Below the pieces are notes generated by a model. The model was not told the origin of the DNA. It worked only from the letters and a program-made list of their open reading frames with translations, and ran no database searches. A stretch of 64,000 nt of DNA. Source: a virus. Positions 46,068 to 56,059 of the stretch are shown piece after piece (position 1 is the first letter of the stretch; the number at the start of each line of letters is the position of its first letter). A program made the translations under genes and the position numbers. The stretch covers positions 4,968 to 68,967 of the IMG/VR virus record IMGVR_UViG_3300000530_000014. The stretch is one strand, 5' to 3'.

Positions 46068-46604
46068 TTATTTCAAAAATTCATTTATTGGTAGATCGTA
46101 GTAAAGACTGTTGATCCTATGCACACCCAAGAGGTAAAGACAGTAGCTAGCTACGCTTGACCCTCTGCCCACTCCCCAGACTACGTTATTTGCACGCAAG
46201 GTATCAACAAAGTACTTTAGATAGCGTAATAGATTGAACGCTTCACGTTCATGGAACAGTAATAATTCTTCGCCTACACGTTGTAGTTCTGCCTGTGTGG
46301 TGCACTGATCCAGTAACCACTGTGCTATATCTAATTCTTTATATTCCTTGGGCATGTACCAGTTAGACTGCTGTCCCCAATCAAACTCTTCGACAGTTTG
46401 ATCGATCTCTCTGAGAAAACGGATTTTAGGTAAATCGGCGTAAAGTTCATCAACGCTGCGATTATACTGGTAGGCATCCTGTGCGCCTGGCGTTCCGCCC
46501 ATCATTACTAAAAATTTATCTAATGAAAGATCAGGGTCCTGGTATAATAAATCGCATAGTTCTTCCGGAGTGGTCCAGCATTGTCCGTACTGATCGTAGT
46601 TCAT
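46068..46604 (-). CDS. stand-alone N-terminal palm piece of a DnaE/PolC family polymerase (split gene)
   Basis: RVGEEL, GVGRGSSVAS, YLLGVHRINSL.YDL...EFL matches GPGRGS.AGS...DPL.Y.L.FERFL; ends before the PDIDxD motif. Confidence 0.8.
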   Translation of the reverse strand: MNYDQYGQCWTTPEELCDLLYQDPDLSLDKFLVMMGGTPGAQDAYQYNRSVDELYADLPKIRFLREIDQTVEEFDWGQQSNWYMPKEYKELDIAQWLLDQCTTQAELQRVGEELLLFHEREAFNLLRYLKYFVDTLRANNVVWGVGRGSSVASYCLYLLGVHRINSLYYDLPINEFLK

Positions 46605-46840
46605 TTGATATCGATTATGCCTTTAAAATTCCCGGACTGTTTCTGCATCTCTTCTAGTGCTTTTTGCTCTCGTCGAGAAATCTCTTCTTTATAATCTTGT
46701 ATTAATAATTGCAGTTGATAGACCATATCTGGCTTGCCCATGCGATAAGCACTGGTAAATCTAGCCATAAGATCGTTGTATTTTTTAGTAAGATCTTCTT
46801 GGCTTAGCTTACTAAGATCGGGGGTCAGTGGATGTCCCAT
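46601..46840 (-). CDS. small helical hypothetical protein
   Basis: 79 aa in operon. Confidence 0.65.
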   Translation of the reverse strand: MGHPLTPDLSKLSQEDLTKKYNDLMARFTSAYRMGKPDMVYQLQLLIQDYKEEISRREQKALEEMQKQSGNFKGIIDIK

Positions 46841-47274
46841 TAGATATCTCCAGATTTCCTATTTTCGCTATAGTGTGCATCAAACTTACCACCAGGATAG
46901 CGTGCTTCTAATTTGCGGACATTTTCAGCGATGACATCATTGGGGTCTAGCTGTAGTGCTCGGCAGGCGTTGATCCAATACCACATGATGTCACCTAATT
47001 CTCTTTTCATGTGAAAAAGATTTTCTTCGGTCAGTGGTTTACCTTGGAAAAACATTTTTTTAGGTATTTCACAGAATTCACCGGTTTCGGCTGCTAGTCC
47101 CAATGCCCCAGTTAGCAACAGCGGCACGTTAACGTATGGTCCGTGTGAATTAGTTTTAAAATCAAAATTACCATCTAATTCATCTAAACGATCCATAAAA
47201 GTGGTTAAATCGTTGCTGGCTTCACTGGTAACTGCACCTACGAATTCAGAATATTTGTTTAAATCGATCGTCAT
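46840..47274 (-). CDS. mazG: MazG-like nucleotide pyrophosphohydrolase
   Basis: GLAAETGEF, RELGDIMWY, N..KL.ARYP. Confidence 0.88.
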   Translation of the reverse strand: MTIDLNKYSEFVGAVTSEASNDLTTFMDRLDELDGNFDFKTNSHGPYVNVPLLLTGALGLAAETGEFCEIPKKMFFQGKPLTEENLFHMKRELGDIMWYWINACRALQLDPNDVIAENVRKLEARYPGGKFDAHYSENRKSGDI

Positions 47275-47292
47275 ACTTACTCCTTTTGTATT

Positions 47293-47322
47293 ATTATACT
47301 AGAGAGTTTGTATGACTGTCAA
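47293..47322 (-). promoter_or_regulatory. sigma70-type promoter
   Basis: TTGACA-N18-TATAAT, AAGGAG RBS before mazG. Confidence 0.7.
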
Positions 47323-47331
47323 AGATATTGA

Positions 47332-48576
47332 TTACCAGCTGGTGCCGGTGTAGGCTATGCGTTTCCAGGTATTGGTAGCAGTACAGACATAGAAATAATT
47401 GCTGTCCCAGGCGATCTGACCAGCAACTCCTGCGCTACTACTGGTAGCAGGTACACCAGAAGTTGATAATATCACATTACCAAAAAATCTTGCACTTTGA
47501 TCGTTTTCTAAACCTAATGCTTGATCCACAGAATGTATACCCTGTGGTAATTCCCCACCGTCAGGTTTGGTATAGAATGCAATATTACCACCTAATCCAT
47601 AGGCTACATTTGATCCGGTAGCATAAAATACCATGCTAGCTGTCTGTTGGAAAGCATTGGATGTACCGTTATATCCAGTAAGATCTACGGCATTAACATA
47701 TCCCAGATAATCATCGCTCTGTACCGGAACAAACACATTAGCTGCTAGGTTACCACGTATACCGGTAACAGTATATCCCCCAATATGTCCTGTATCTAGC
47801 GTTGAATTATTAATATTAGCAAGTGATAGATTTCCTGCTCCGACTGTGTTTATTGATCCGTTGACAGCAACGGCATTCTGCCCAGCTTCTAATGCCAGCG
47901 CATAATTTAATGCTGGCCCAAATCCTAACATAAATGTAGGTGTCATAGTTGGGTTATAGTATATGCTTGGATCACGGAAACTAGCACGATTTCGTGTAAC
48001 ATCAAATATTAGATAATTTGTACCACCGTCGATAGAACTAAAGTCAAAAATATAGTTACCTGGCTGATCAAAAGTCAACAGCCCATCTCCGGCATGTCCG
48101 GCTAGGTCGCTGATAGCGATATCAACGCTAGGAGGTAATTCAACTGTATGGGTAACATTAGTAACATCGATCCATACTCTCATCAAACCATAGCCTAGTG
48201 CACCTGATCCTACAGATGCAGGCCAGTTGATAAATGATAGTGTGATTGGCCCTGCTGTGGTTATTTTTTGGAAATTAGCCTGATCGAAATCTAAAACCGC
48301 TGTGCCAGTGACAGCTCCTAAATCTATTAGACTCTGTGTCCATGCTGATAGTTGAGGCCTACGCAACTGTGTACCTGCCATATCATTGGTAATGGTCTGT
48401 CCATTGAGAGCAGATGTAACTACTGCTTTTGCCTGTAGATCAGATATCTCACTAGCAGCATAGATAAAGTTATTGCGTGTATTTGTGAAATTATCTCTGA
48501 ATCCCTGGCTGGGATTATCCTGGTTCGCTACGGGAAACGTACCATCTATGTTATAAGGGTTGATATTTGATGCCAT
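47332..48576 (-). CDS. virion/tail structural protein
   Basis: N-terminal QDN..QGFR.NFTN domain; C-terminal GQIAWDSNYFYVC...WKR tail-fibre-type motif. Confidence 0.7.
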   Translation of the reverse strand: MASNINPYNIDGTFPVANQDNPSQGFRDNFTNTRNNFIYAASEISDLQAKAVVTSALNGQTITNDMAGTQLRRPQLSAWTQSLIDLGAVTGTAVLDFDQANFQKITTAGPITLSFINWPASVGSGALGYGLMRVWIDVTNVTHTVELPPSVDIAISDLAGHAGDGLLTFDQPGNYIFDFSSIDGGTNYLIFDVTRNRASFRDPSIYYNPTMTPTFMLGFGPALNYALALEAGQNAVAVNGSINTVGAGNLSLANINNSTLDTGHIGGYTVTGIRGNLAANVFVPVQSDDYLGYVNAVDLTGYNGTSNAFQQTASMVFYATGSNVAYGLGGNIAFYTKPDGGELPQGIHSVDQALGLENDQSARFFGNVILSTSGVPATSSSAGVAGQIAWDSNYFYVCTATNTWKRIAYTGTSW

Positions 48577-48586
48577 CTACGATTCC

Positions 48587-49333
48587 TTAGACTAACGTTA
48601 TATTACCCCAAGTGCCATTGGCATAGCCTTGGAATGTATTAAAAGTATTATTATAGATCAGCATACCGTTTTCGGGGGTGATCGTATTTCTCTGTGCTAA
48701 ACTGATGTTGGCTAACTGTAGTGCGCTACCTAGCGCAGTAGTACCGGATATAGTCACATTACTGGGAATAGAGACATTAGGCCCAAATCCGACTGTGGTT
48801 CCACCGTTGCTGTATGTTATCTGTATTCCATCTAACCCTGTGAATTGACCTAACCAACTGGCCCACTGTGGGGGATTCACCGATTCGCAGATGCCAATCC
48901 AATACGCACTGGTAGCTAATAGAACAGGATTATTAATGCCTGCTTCATCAATCTGACCACCTGCACTTGGATATAGATAAACTCCGTTCAGTGAATTCTC
49001 ACCAGCATCTATATAAACTATCTGACCTGGATATGTAGGAGTAGGCAGTAAGATACCTGTTCCAGCAGAAGCCGAAGTCACTTTTGTAACCTGTGTAGTT
49101 ATCGGTGTCGCTGTAGCTTGACTATTACCGCCTGCAACGATGCTGGCAAAACTGCTGTTACCATAAACCTGCAGAGTAGCTACATTACCCTGTATCGCTG
49201 TGATCTCGCTGGCAGCTGTAACGAAATTATTGCGTATGTTAGTAAAATTTGTCCGAAATCCCTGTGTATCATTATCCTGTCCTGCGATAGGATAAGTTAT
49301 GTCGATGTTATTTGGAAATATATTTGATGCCAT
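48587..49333 (-). CDS. virion structural protein, paralogue of 47332..48576
   Basis: same N-terminal MASNI.P.NID.T.P.A.QDN domain; C-terminal GMLIYN motif. Confidence 0.7.
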   Translation of the reverse strand: MASNIFPNNIDITYPIAGQDNDTQGFRTNFTNIRNNFVTAASEITAIQGNVATLQVYGNSSFASIVAGGNSQATATPITTQVTKVTSASAGTGILLPTPTYPGQIVYIDAGENSLNGVYLYPSAGGQIDEAGINNPVLLATSAYWIGICESVNPPQWASWLGQFTGLDGIQITYSNGGTTVGFGPNVSIPSNVTISGTTALGSALQLANISLAQRNTITPENGMLIYNNTFNTFQGYANGTWGNITLV

Positions 49334-49371
49334 TCGTGTCTACCTTTATATGTTATTTATTTAAACGAATG
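49331..49371 (-). promoter_or_regulatory. start-codon-sequestering hairpin with late promoter in loop
   Basis: CATTCGT...TAAATAAATA...AAGGT...ACGAATG (7-bp stem covering ATG). Confidence 0.6.
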
Positions 49372-52300
49372 TGTTCTCTTTAGGGAAATGCAAGATATGG
49401 TCGTTGGTCCCCGGGGCATAATACTGATCTCGTAGATCAAAGAATTTAGTCGAATCCCCATTGAATGTAGTGCGATTTCTTATAGCTATGGTATTATAGT
49501 TATAGACGATATAATAAGGAACGGTCTGTCCCACACTTAAATTAAAGTTATAGTACATGATAGCACCACCATACTGTCCAAACAAAACTCTGACTCTTTG
49601 GAATATTTCTATTTCCTGGACAAATACCAAGTCTACTACGTTATTGACAATTTGTATCTGCCAGATACCACCACGTTCATTGACTGCACTAGTTCCTTGA
49701 GATTTTTCTAAAAATCCGGGTATCAGTGAATATTTGTCGTAGGCTTCGGAATCATAACCTTCGACTACAGGAGTCAAGATATTATCTCCCAGGAAAGCAT
49801 CTTGATAGCTCACCCAACCATCGTAAGGCCCAGCGTTCAAGAAATTTTCCTGTTGCACGAAAATTAGTGTGTCCCCGGACTGGAAATTAGTAACTCCTGA
49901 AATTCCACCTTGGCTATTAATGTAATCTACAGTTCTACCATTGATTTGATCGAATGGTACTGTAGCGCCGTAGTAAACTGTCCCGGTTAACTCGCCAATA
50001 TTTTGATTTGGTAAACTATCAAATGTCGTTTCTCTTCCTAGATAGTAAGATGAACTAGCAGTGTTGAAATTTGTTGTGTAATAGTCGTCTACGAAATATC
50101 TATCAACAGTAAAGTCGATGCTATTGAAGTTAATACCACTATTTTGTAATCTATAGGCAATAAGATTGCTGGCGCCTGGTTTAGTATAGGCTAATACTAC
50201 AGCTCTAGTAAAACCCAACGGTGGGGCAAATGAATTAGACACTGTACCTAATTGATTGCTGGTCATCCATGGTGGTAAGGATCCTTGATCATAGTAACCA
50301 ACGTTAGCCACTAGTCTATCAATCATATTAGTTGAACTATTGGGATAGGCGATATTGTAACTGTTTCCTACAGAATCTTTATAAGGATTAGTAATAACTC
50401 CGGCTAGATTGATTTCAAGAGCTGGGCCTTGTCCTAAAGAATTTAATCCAGGATCAACAACTTCAACATATACTACTTCGTACTTTACCGAATAATTGCT
50501 ATCTAAGACAACCGCGGTTTTAACATTACCAAACGTGAAATTTTTAGTATAATGGTTCTCTGCTATAGCATTAGCATAGGTATTTAAATCATCAGGAGAC
50601 AATCCTGGCAAGAATAACATTTCAATATTTTGTTGTACACCAAACCAAGGATCATCCGGTCTATAGATTAACTCAGGAGGAAAAATTTCTGTATTAGTTA
50701 TAGTGTCGTACCATATCTTACGTTGCTTCTGGTCAGGTAATGCTCGAAGATATAGATTATCGTATGGTTTCTGATCAGCTATGGCCATGGTTAAGGTAAA
50801 TTGTTGTGTGCTGCTGATGTTTCCGTCGGTAGCTTCAACAGTAAACACATATTGTCTATCTATGGTGGTGGCATTAGCATCTATAGATGTAGCATATCCG
50901 TCTAAGGTAAATGCTTCAAAAGTCACACGACCTGCTAATTCCCCTTGACTGGTAAGAGCAAGACCTTGCGGCAATCTTATTTTTACATTTGCCTGATCTA
51001 CTAAATTGTAGGTCAGTGGATTTCCGGTTTTTGTCACAGCTTCAATGTACAGGTCACTTACTGAACCGTTGTCTATCACTCCAAGATTGGCATTAGTAGT
51101 CCATTCAATTACATCGTTGATATTACCTAATACCGGGAGATTAAAATATACAGGTGTGCTAGAATAAGTTATACCGTTGACAATTCTGCTGGCCTGTAGA
51201 CCAAAAGTATATACTTCGTATGCAGATGATTGAGGAGTTACTTTTCCGTATAACCAACCAGACTGTTGATCTAATATTAATCCTGGAAGATTATTGGTAC
51301 CCGTAGTACCACTGGCATAACTATCGAACCCTACTCCGGTTAAATGTGTGATATCATCGCCACCGAAATCAAATCCAGCATCTTGCCCTAAAACATAAGC
51401 ATCAAATGTTCCTACGGTATTAGTTAATGAATAAGTTATAGTATCATTTTGAAAATCAGTAGCAGTGAATTTATATGCATAATATGCACCAGCTCGTGCC
51501 ACTGGCAGTGTAGTAATGTTGCCATTGGTTATAACGGGAATGTATACATTCCCTGCATCGGTAGTTAGATATGAATTATCGACAGTGAGGTTGGCATTAT
51601 CTGCTGTAAATGCAGATCTACTGATAACATTGATGATATAATTCTGTAGATCGTAGTTAGCACCATCATATGCTTGAACAGTAAAATTATAACTTAAGGT
51701 CTGACTCAGCTGATTAAAATCGTAAGGGGCGTAATCGTATTCTGCATAATCTAAAATCGCCCCAGATCCCCCAGCAGCCGGAACATCACTATCATACCCG
51801 GCAGGACCGTTTAATCCAACTATGGTGCTAGGTAATAAATATCCGCTGAGTAATCCTGTGTTATCTAATGAGATTCCTGGAGGTAAAGATCCTATATTAG
51901 ACCATTGTATTATTACATTAGGATTCAATTCCGCAACTGTTAATCGTTGACTATAATAAGTACCGTCAAAGTAGGATCCGAGATAATTTGTAGTGGGTTC
52001 AATGACTGGACCAGTAACGTTAGTCACTGTTAAACTGAATGCTCTATCTTTAATATGCCCTAGACTATTAGTAGCACGTATAGTAAAATCAAATGATGTT
52101 GATTGATCAACTGCTATCGCATTGAGCAGTTCTGGAACTCCTTGCAGGTAGCCTGCAGAATTTACTATCATTCCTCCGGGTAAAACGCCTGATACTAGAG
52201 AAAATGTTACAGAGACATTTGACTGTGTTTCTACTACTTCAAGAGGCAATTGGTAATAGGTCCCTGCAGGAACTATCCCTAAACTCCCGCTAGGTGTAAT

Positions 52301-52621
52301 CCAATCAAGATCTCCGTTTACTGTTCCGTTGACTGTAATATTAAAAGATCTATCTGCAGGTGTGCTGGCAGAATCCGATGACGCTCTAACTAAGAAGTTA
52401 AAGGTCTCTGATGTAAAGTAAGCACCCGACACAGCTGAACCTGATATCGTGCCATTGGAATTTAATGTCAATCCAGAAGGTAAACTACCTTGTATGATTT
52501 TATAGGTAACAGTGCTATTAGGATATTGATAGTCCGCTGCCTGTAATTCTATCGTCACAGGATTATACAGTGGTATCGCACCTAAGTTACCCGAATTAGT
52601 CAACCATTGAACACTAGCCAT
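49361..52621 (-). CDS. large virion/baseplate protein with repeated Ig-like (He_PIG-type) domains
   Basis: repeats of W.T..G.LG, GSLPSGL.L...G.ISG, F.F.VRA. Confidence 0.75.
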   Translation of the reverse strand: MASVQWLTNSGNLGAIPLYNPVTIELQAADYQYPNSTVTYKIIQGSLPSGLTLNSNGTISGSAVSGAYFTSETFNFLVRASSDSASTPADRSFNITVNGTVNGDLDWITPSGSLGIVPAGTYYQLPLEVVETQSNVSVTFSLVSGVLPGGMIVNSAGYLQGVPELLNAIAVDQSTSFDFTIRATNSLGHIKDRAFSLTVTNVTGPVIEPTTNYLGSYFDGTYYSQRLTVAELNPNVIIQWSNIGSLPPGISLDNTGLLSGYLLPSTIVGLNGPAGYDSDVPAAGGSGAILDYAEYDYAPYDFNQLSQTLSYNFTVQAYDGANYDLQNYIINVISRSAFTADNANLTVDNSYLTTDAGNVYIPVITNGNITTLPVARAGAYYAYKFTATDFQNDTITYSLTNTVGTFDAYVLGQDAGFDFGGDDITHLTGVGFDSYASGTTGTNNLPGLILDQQSGWLYGKVTPQSSAYEVYTFGLQASRIVNGITYSSTPVYFNLPVLGNINDVIEWTTNANLGVIDNGSVSDLYIEAVTKTGNPLTYNLVDQANVKIRLPQGLALTSQGELAGRVTFEAFTLDGYATSIDANATTIDRQYVFTVEATDGNISSTQQFTLTMAIADQKPYDNLYLRALPDQKQRKIWYDTITNTEIFPPELIYRPDDPWFGVQQNIEMLFLPGLSPDDLNTYANAIAENHYTKNFTFGNVKTAVVLDSNYSVKYEVVYVEVVDPGLNSLGQGPALEINLAGVITNPYKDSVGNSYNIAYPNSSTNMIDRLVANVGYYDQGSLPPWMTSNQLGTVSNSFAPPLGFTRAVVLAYTKPGASNLIAYRLQNSGINFNSIDFTVDRYFVDDYYTTNFNTASSSYYLGRETTFDSLPNQNIGELTGTVYYGATVPFDQINGRTVDYINSQGGISGVTNFQSGDTLIFVQQENFLNAGPYDGWVSYQDAFLGDNILTPVVEGYDSEAYDKYSLIPGFLEKSQGTSAVNERGGIWQIQIVNNVVDLVFVQEIEIFQRVRVLFGQYGGAIMYYNFNLSVGQTVPYYIVYNYNTIAIRNRTTFNGDSTKFFDLRDQYYAPGTNDHILHFPKENTFV

Positions 52622-55134
52622 TAAAGTATTACCGCTATAATAATTTTAACGCCATCTGATAAATCTGTAGTCAAGGATTTGGCAAACACCGCTTGACCGT
52701 ATGCGGTATTAGTTCCAACGCTGACAGCATAGCCTGGCATGTTGCCTGCTGTAACTAAACTGTCTCCTTTGTTTACAGGTCCTACAACCTGTACAGGAAT
52801 CTTACCACGTAATGCTACCGGCAATCCTGGGCTCATGGCATTCATTAGATAAGCAGGATCTGTAGATATAGCTCCTGCTACTCTGGCATCTGCAAACTGT
52901 GCGGTAACGGTGATTTCTTCTGTACCGCCAAACACTACTACCATTCCTGGTGTATAATCACTGTCAGCTACATACCTTTCTGCCAAGTCAGCGTAGTATG
53001 CGTGAGTAGCAACACCATAAAATTGATTAAACCATGCTGTAGTAGAACCAATGTTGTAAGTAGAATTAGCTGTTGGGATTATATCAGCACCAATATTAAC
53101 TTGCCCTGTGAATGTCACTGGATTGCTTGTTGTAGCGCCACGACCGGTTACTGATTGCAGTGTGCTGGTGTCGTTTACTGTTACTGCTCCAGTTGCACTG
53201 CTTACACTGATATCTGTGCCAGCTACTAAACTGGTTACACCAGTATTAGTTATAGTTACTAATCCAGTAGGTTGGTTAACGCTAATGCCTGTGCCTGCTG
53301 CTATAGTAGTGCTTGTACCTGAAACTGAATCGATAGTGATGCTGCCTGTGTTGGCACTTAATCTAATATTAGCGCCAGCAGTTAACGATAATACACCGGT
53401 GTTGGTGATCGTTAATGGATTAGTGCCGCTGACAGTTATACCAGACCCAGCAGCAGCACTAATGATACCTGTGTTAGTAATGATTATAGTACCGGTGCTT
53501 TGATTAAGGGTGATACCTGTGCCTGCGGTAGCTGACGTAACGCCTGCATTAACTAAAGTAACACTGCCTGATGGACCAGAAATTGTACCTCCACCACTGA
53601 GTCCTGAGCCTGCTACTATACTGACGCTAGATAATACTCTACTGCCACTATCATATAACGAATTAGCATATAAAGAACTATTAATTGCTGTATTACCAGA
53701 GACAGATAGTGATGTTAATGTGCCTACGCTAGTTATGCTAGTCTGTATGGGCTGGATCACTGTTCCTTGAAGTTGTCCGGTAATTTGATACGCAGAGACA
53801 TTACCTGCTGTGATATTTCCTGTAACTGTTAATGCCGGGAGGTTTGATAAAGTAGCACCGGAAAAATTAACAGATCCAGTAGCAGTTAGATTAGTAACAC
53901 CAATACCAGTAGCACTAATAGATCCCGCATTCAACGATGTCAGCGTACCTAAACTGGTTATATTAGGTTGTGCACTGGTCATGACAGTGCCATACAAAGG
54001 ACCTACCAGGCCAGTCGAGGATGCTATATTTCCGCCGGCATTAATAGTACCGCCTACTCCTACACCACCATAAGTTACAATAAGAGCACCTGTGCTAGGA
54101 CTATAGCTCGGTGTTGTGGCGGTCATGCTGACGTTACCGGAAAATACTGTCGTTCCTGTATATAATTGTATACCAGGTGTATTGGTTGTTATCACAGGAT
54201 AGCCATCTGAAAAAATAGTGCCAGTGACAGATAAGTTTCCCAGGATATTTCCCGAGACCGAAGCGTTAGTGATATTAGCTTGCGCGGTAGTTATATTGCC
54301 ATAAAAATGATTGGCATAGACATTGCCTGCTACACCTGCACCACCTGCTACAATCAGCGCACCAGTATTGGTGCTAGTACTGTTGGTTGCATTGCTTAAA
54401 AACTGACTACCAAATTGTGTATTACCATAGACTCCATCATAGACTACACTATTACCTAATGTAGCATCAGTGGTAGTCTGTTTATATACAAAGTTCTGTG
54501 TTAGATCCTGGAATCCAAAAAATGCAAAAGCATTAGAACTGGTTGCAGTGTTATAATATTTGCCAAATATACCCACGTCCTTGACATCACCGGGCGCTAA
54601 ATTAGCATGTAACTCTAGCAAACCAGCATCACTGCTGGCGCTGACAGTGTTGACATTAACTACACCTTGTGCATATATATTACGGAAAAAATAAGTCGGA
54701 CTACCTAGATCGTAGGTTAAGTTAGCAGTAGGTATTATATTGGTGCTGACTAAAATATTTCCGCCAGTAAATTTTGGGTTACCGGAGACAGTGATGTTAC
54801 CAACATAGGTATTGCCTTGTGTGATACTGACACCAGAATTATATATACCAGAATTAGCTATAAAATTATTTGCAGTTATATTGCTAGTAAAATTAGCAAC
54901 TGTACCAGTTGCATTAGCGAAAAAACTGTTATTAGCTGTTAAGTATGTTGCGAATAGATTTTGTCCTACATTGGCGTATAAAAAATCTATGCTAGGTTGT
55001 GCTAGAAACACAGACACATTACTGAAATTTTCGTTTACTTTAATAAAAGCATCACGTATTGGATCCCCGGTGCCGTCGTTAGGAGTCGTTCCATCATTGA
55101 TCGTTATTATCTGTGTAGCATTCCAAAAGGCCAT
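52621..55134 (-). CDS. tail fibre protein
   Basis: N-terminal INDGT.PNDGTGDP.R.AF.K.N.NF, T/G/V/N-rich repeats, C-terminal YADLAERY...PVAL.G..PV.V.G. Confidence 0.8.
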   Translation of the reverse strand: MAFWNATQIITINDGTTPNDGTGDPIRDAFIKVNENFSNVSVFLAQPSIDFLYANVGQNLFATYLTANNSFFANATGTVANFTSNITANNFIANSGIYNSGVSITQGNTYVGNITVSGNPKFTGGNILVSTNIIPTANLTYDLGSPTYFFRNIYAQGVVNVNTVSASSDAGLLELHANLAPGDVKDVGIFGKYYNTATSSNAFAFFGFQDLTQNFVYKQTTTDATLGNSVVYDGVYGNTQFGSQFLSNATNSTSTNTGALIVAGGAGVAGNVYANHFYGNITTAQANITNASVSGNILGNLSVTGTIFSDGYPVITTNTPGIQLYTGTTVFSGNVSMTATTPSYSPSTGALIVTYGGVGVGGTINAGGNIASSTGLVGPLYGTVMTSAQPNITSLGTLTSLNAGSISATGIGVTNLTATGSVNFSGATLSNLPALTVTGNITAGNVSAYQITGQLQGTVIQPIQTSITSVGTLTSLSVSGNTAINSSLYANSLYDSGSRVLSSVSIVAGSGLSGGGTISGPSGSVTLVNAGVTSATAGTGITLNQSTGTIIITNTGIISAAAGSGITVSGTNPLTITNTGVLSLTAGANIRLSANTGSITIDSVSGTSTTIAAGTGISVNQPTGLVTITNTGVTSLVAGTDISVSSATGAVTVNDTSTLQSVTGRGATTSNPVTFTGQVNIGADIIPTANSTYNIGSTTAWFNQFYGVATHAYYADLAERYVADSDYTPGMVVVFGGTEEITVTAQFADARVAGAISTDPAYLMNAMSPGLPVALRGKIPVQVVGPVNKGDSLVTAGNMPGYAVSVGTNTAYGQAVFAKSLTTDLSDGVKIIIAVIL

Positions 55135-55180
55135 ATTCTCAAATCCTGATAATTTATAATTATTTATCGGATTTGGAGAA
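55132..55180 (-). promoter_or_regulatory. RBS-sequestering hairpin containing late promoter (tail fibre)
   Basis: TTCT-C-CAAATCC-GATAA...TTATC-A-GGATTTG-AGAA-T-ATG; TAAATA at 55166-55161. Confidence 0.8.
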
Positions 55181-55196
55181 AGCTGATAATTTGAGT

Positions 55197-55517
55197 TTAG
55201 ATAGCGAAACTGCTACCGCACCCACAGGTAGCGGTAGCATTGGGGTTATCAATAGAGAAACTGTTGCCCATTAAGCTGGTTTTATAGTCGACTGTACAGC
55301 CTTCTACATATTGAAGGCTCAGTGCATCAATCAACACTTGTATACCCTGTTGTTCAACAACGAAATCATCGTCATTTTGCTGTTCTTCCACTGCGAAACC
55401 GTAATTAAAGCCCGAACAACCACCGCCCGAAACAAACATGCGTAGTCGTGCATCAGCGGATTCTTTACTTAATATTTCTTTGATCTGCTGGGCAGCTGCG
55501 TCTGTGATAGTTATCAT
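55197..55517 (-). CDS. A-type Fe-S carrier (ErpA/IscA/HesB family)
   Basis: GGGCSGFNYGF, NPNA.ATCGCGSSF; start adjusted to MITITD. Confidence 0.93.
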   Translation of the reverse strand: MITITDAAAQQIKEILSKESADARLRMFVSGGGCSGFNYGFAVEEQQNDDDFVVEQQGIQVLIDALSLQYVEGCTVDYKTSLMGNSFSIDNPNATATCGCGSSFAI

Positions 55518-56059
55518 AGTCTGTGATTTACCTGATCCCAATCGATAATACGCCAGAATCCGTCGATATACTTGCTTTTGTTTGAACCATAGTCATGTAA
55601 GTAAGCATGTTCCCACATGTCTAACAATAGCGCGATGTCTGTGCGTTTAGCATGATTGTGTATGGTCTTAATCGTACCGGATTTACTGAGATAAACCCAG
55701 CCTGCGCCCTGTAGTTTCAGTGCCTGTTCTTTAAATTTATCCTTGAAATCACTGTAACTCTTGTGGTTACGCTCGATAATGCTTTTGATAGTACCACGAG
55801 GTTGGCGTGCACCGGGCTTGGCAAATTGTGCGAAATAGATGCTGTGCAGGTAAGCGCCAGCTTCGTTAAACACAGGATCACCTTCGCCTTTGTTATAACG
55901 ATCAACATAGCCTTTATATAGCTTATCATAATGCAGAACTAGTTCCGCGGAACTCATAACCGGGGATAGTGCTGTATGGCTGTAGGGCAATTTAATCTGC
56001 TCTAGTTCCGTTTTGTTTTTAGATTCTATTAGATCTATAGTTGTTCTAATATCCATCAT
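55514..56059 (-). CDS. Fe/Mn superoxide dismutase (compact)
   Basis: LPY...[28 protein letters not shown]. Confidence 0.9.
   Translation of the reverse strand: MMDIRTTIDLIESKNKTELEQIKLPYSHTALSPVMSSAELVLHYDKLYKGYVDRYNKGEGDPVFNEAGAYLHSIYFAQFAKPGARQPRGTIKSIIERNHKSYSDFKDKFKEQALKLQGAGWVYLSKSGTIKTIHNHAKRTDIALLLDMWEHAYLHDYGSNKSKYIDGFWRIIDWDQVNHRL

Noticed and set aside
46068-46604. dnaE fragment as a simple pseudogene or intein-split gene
   Set aside because: Clean start and stop, tight coupling with neighbours, no downstream remnant and no intein N-terminal Cys block; a split gene is more plausible but unproven
52621-55134. Tail-fibre internal repeats as a diversity-generating retroelement target
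   Set aside because: Repeats are degenerate protein-level motifs; no reverse transcriptase or TR/VR pair differing at adenines seen
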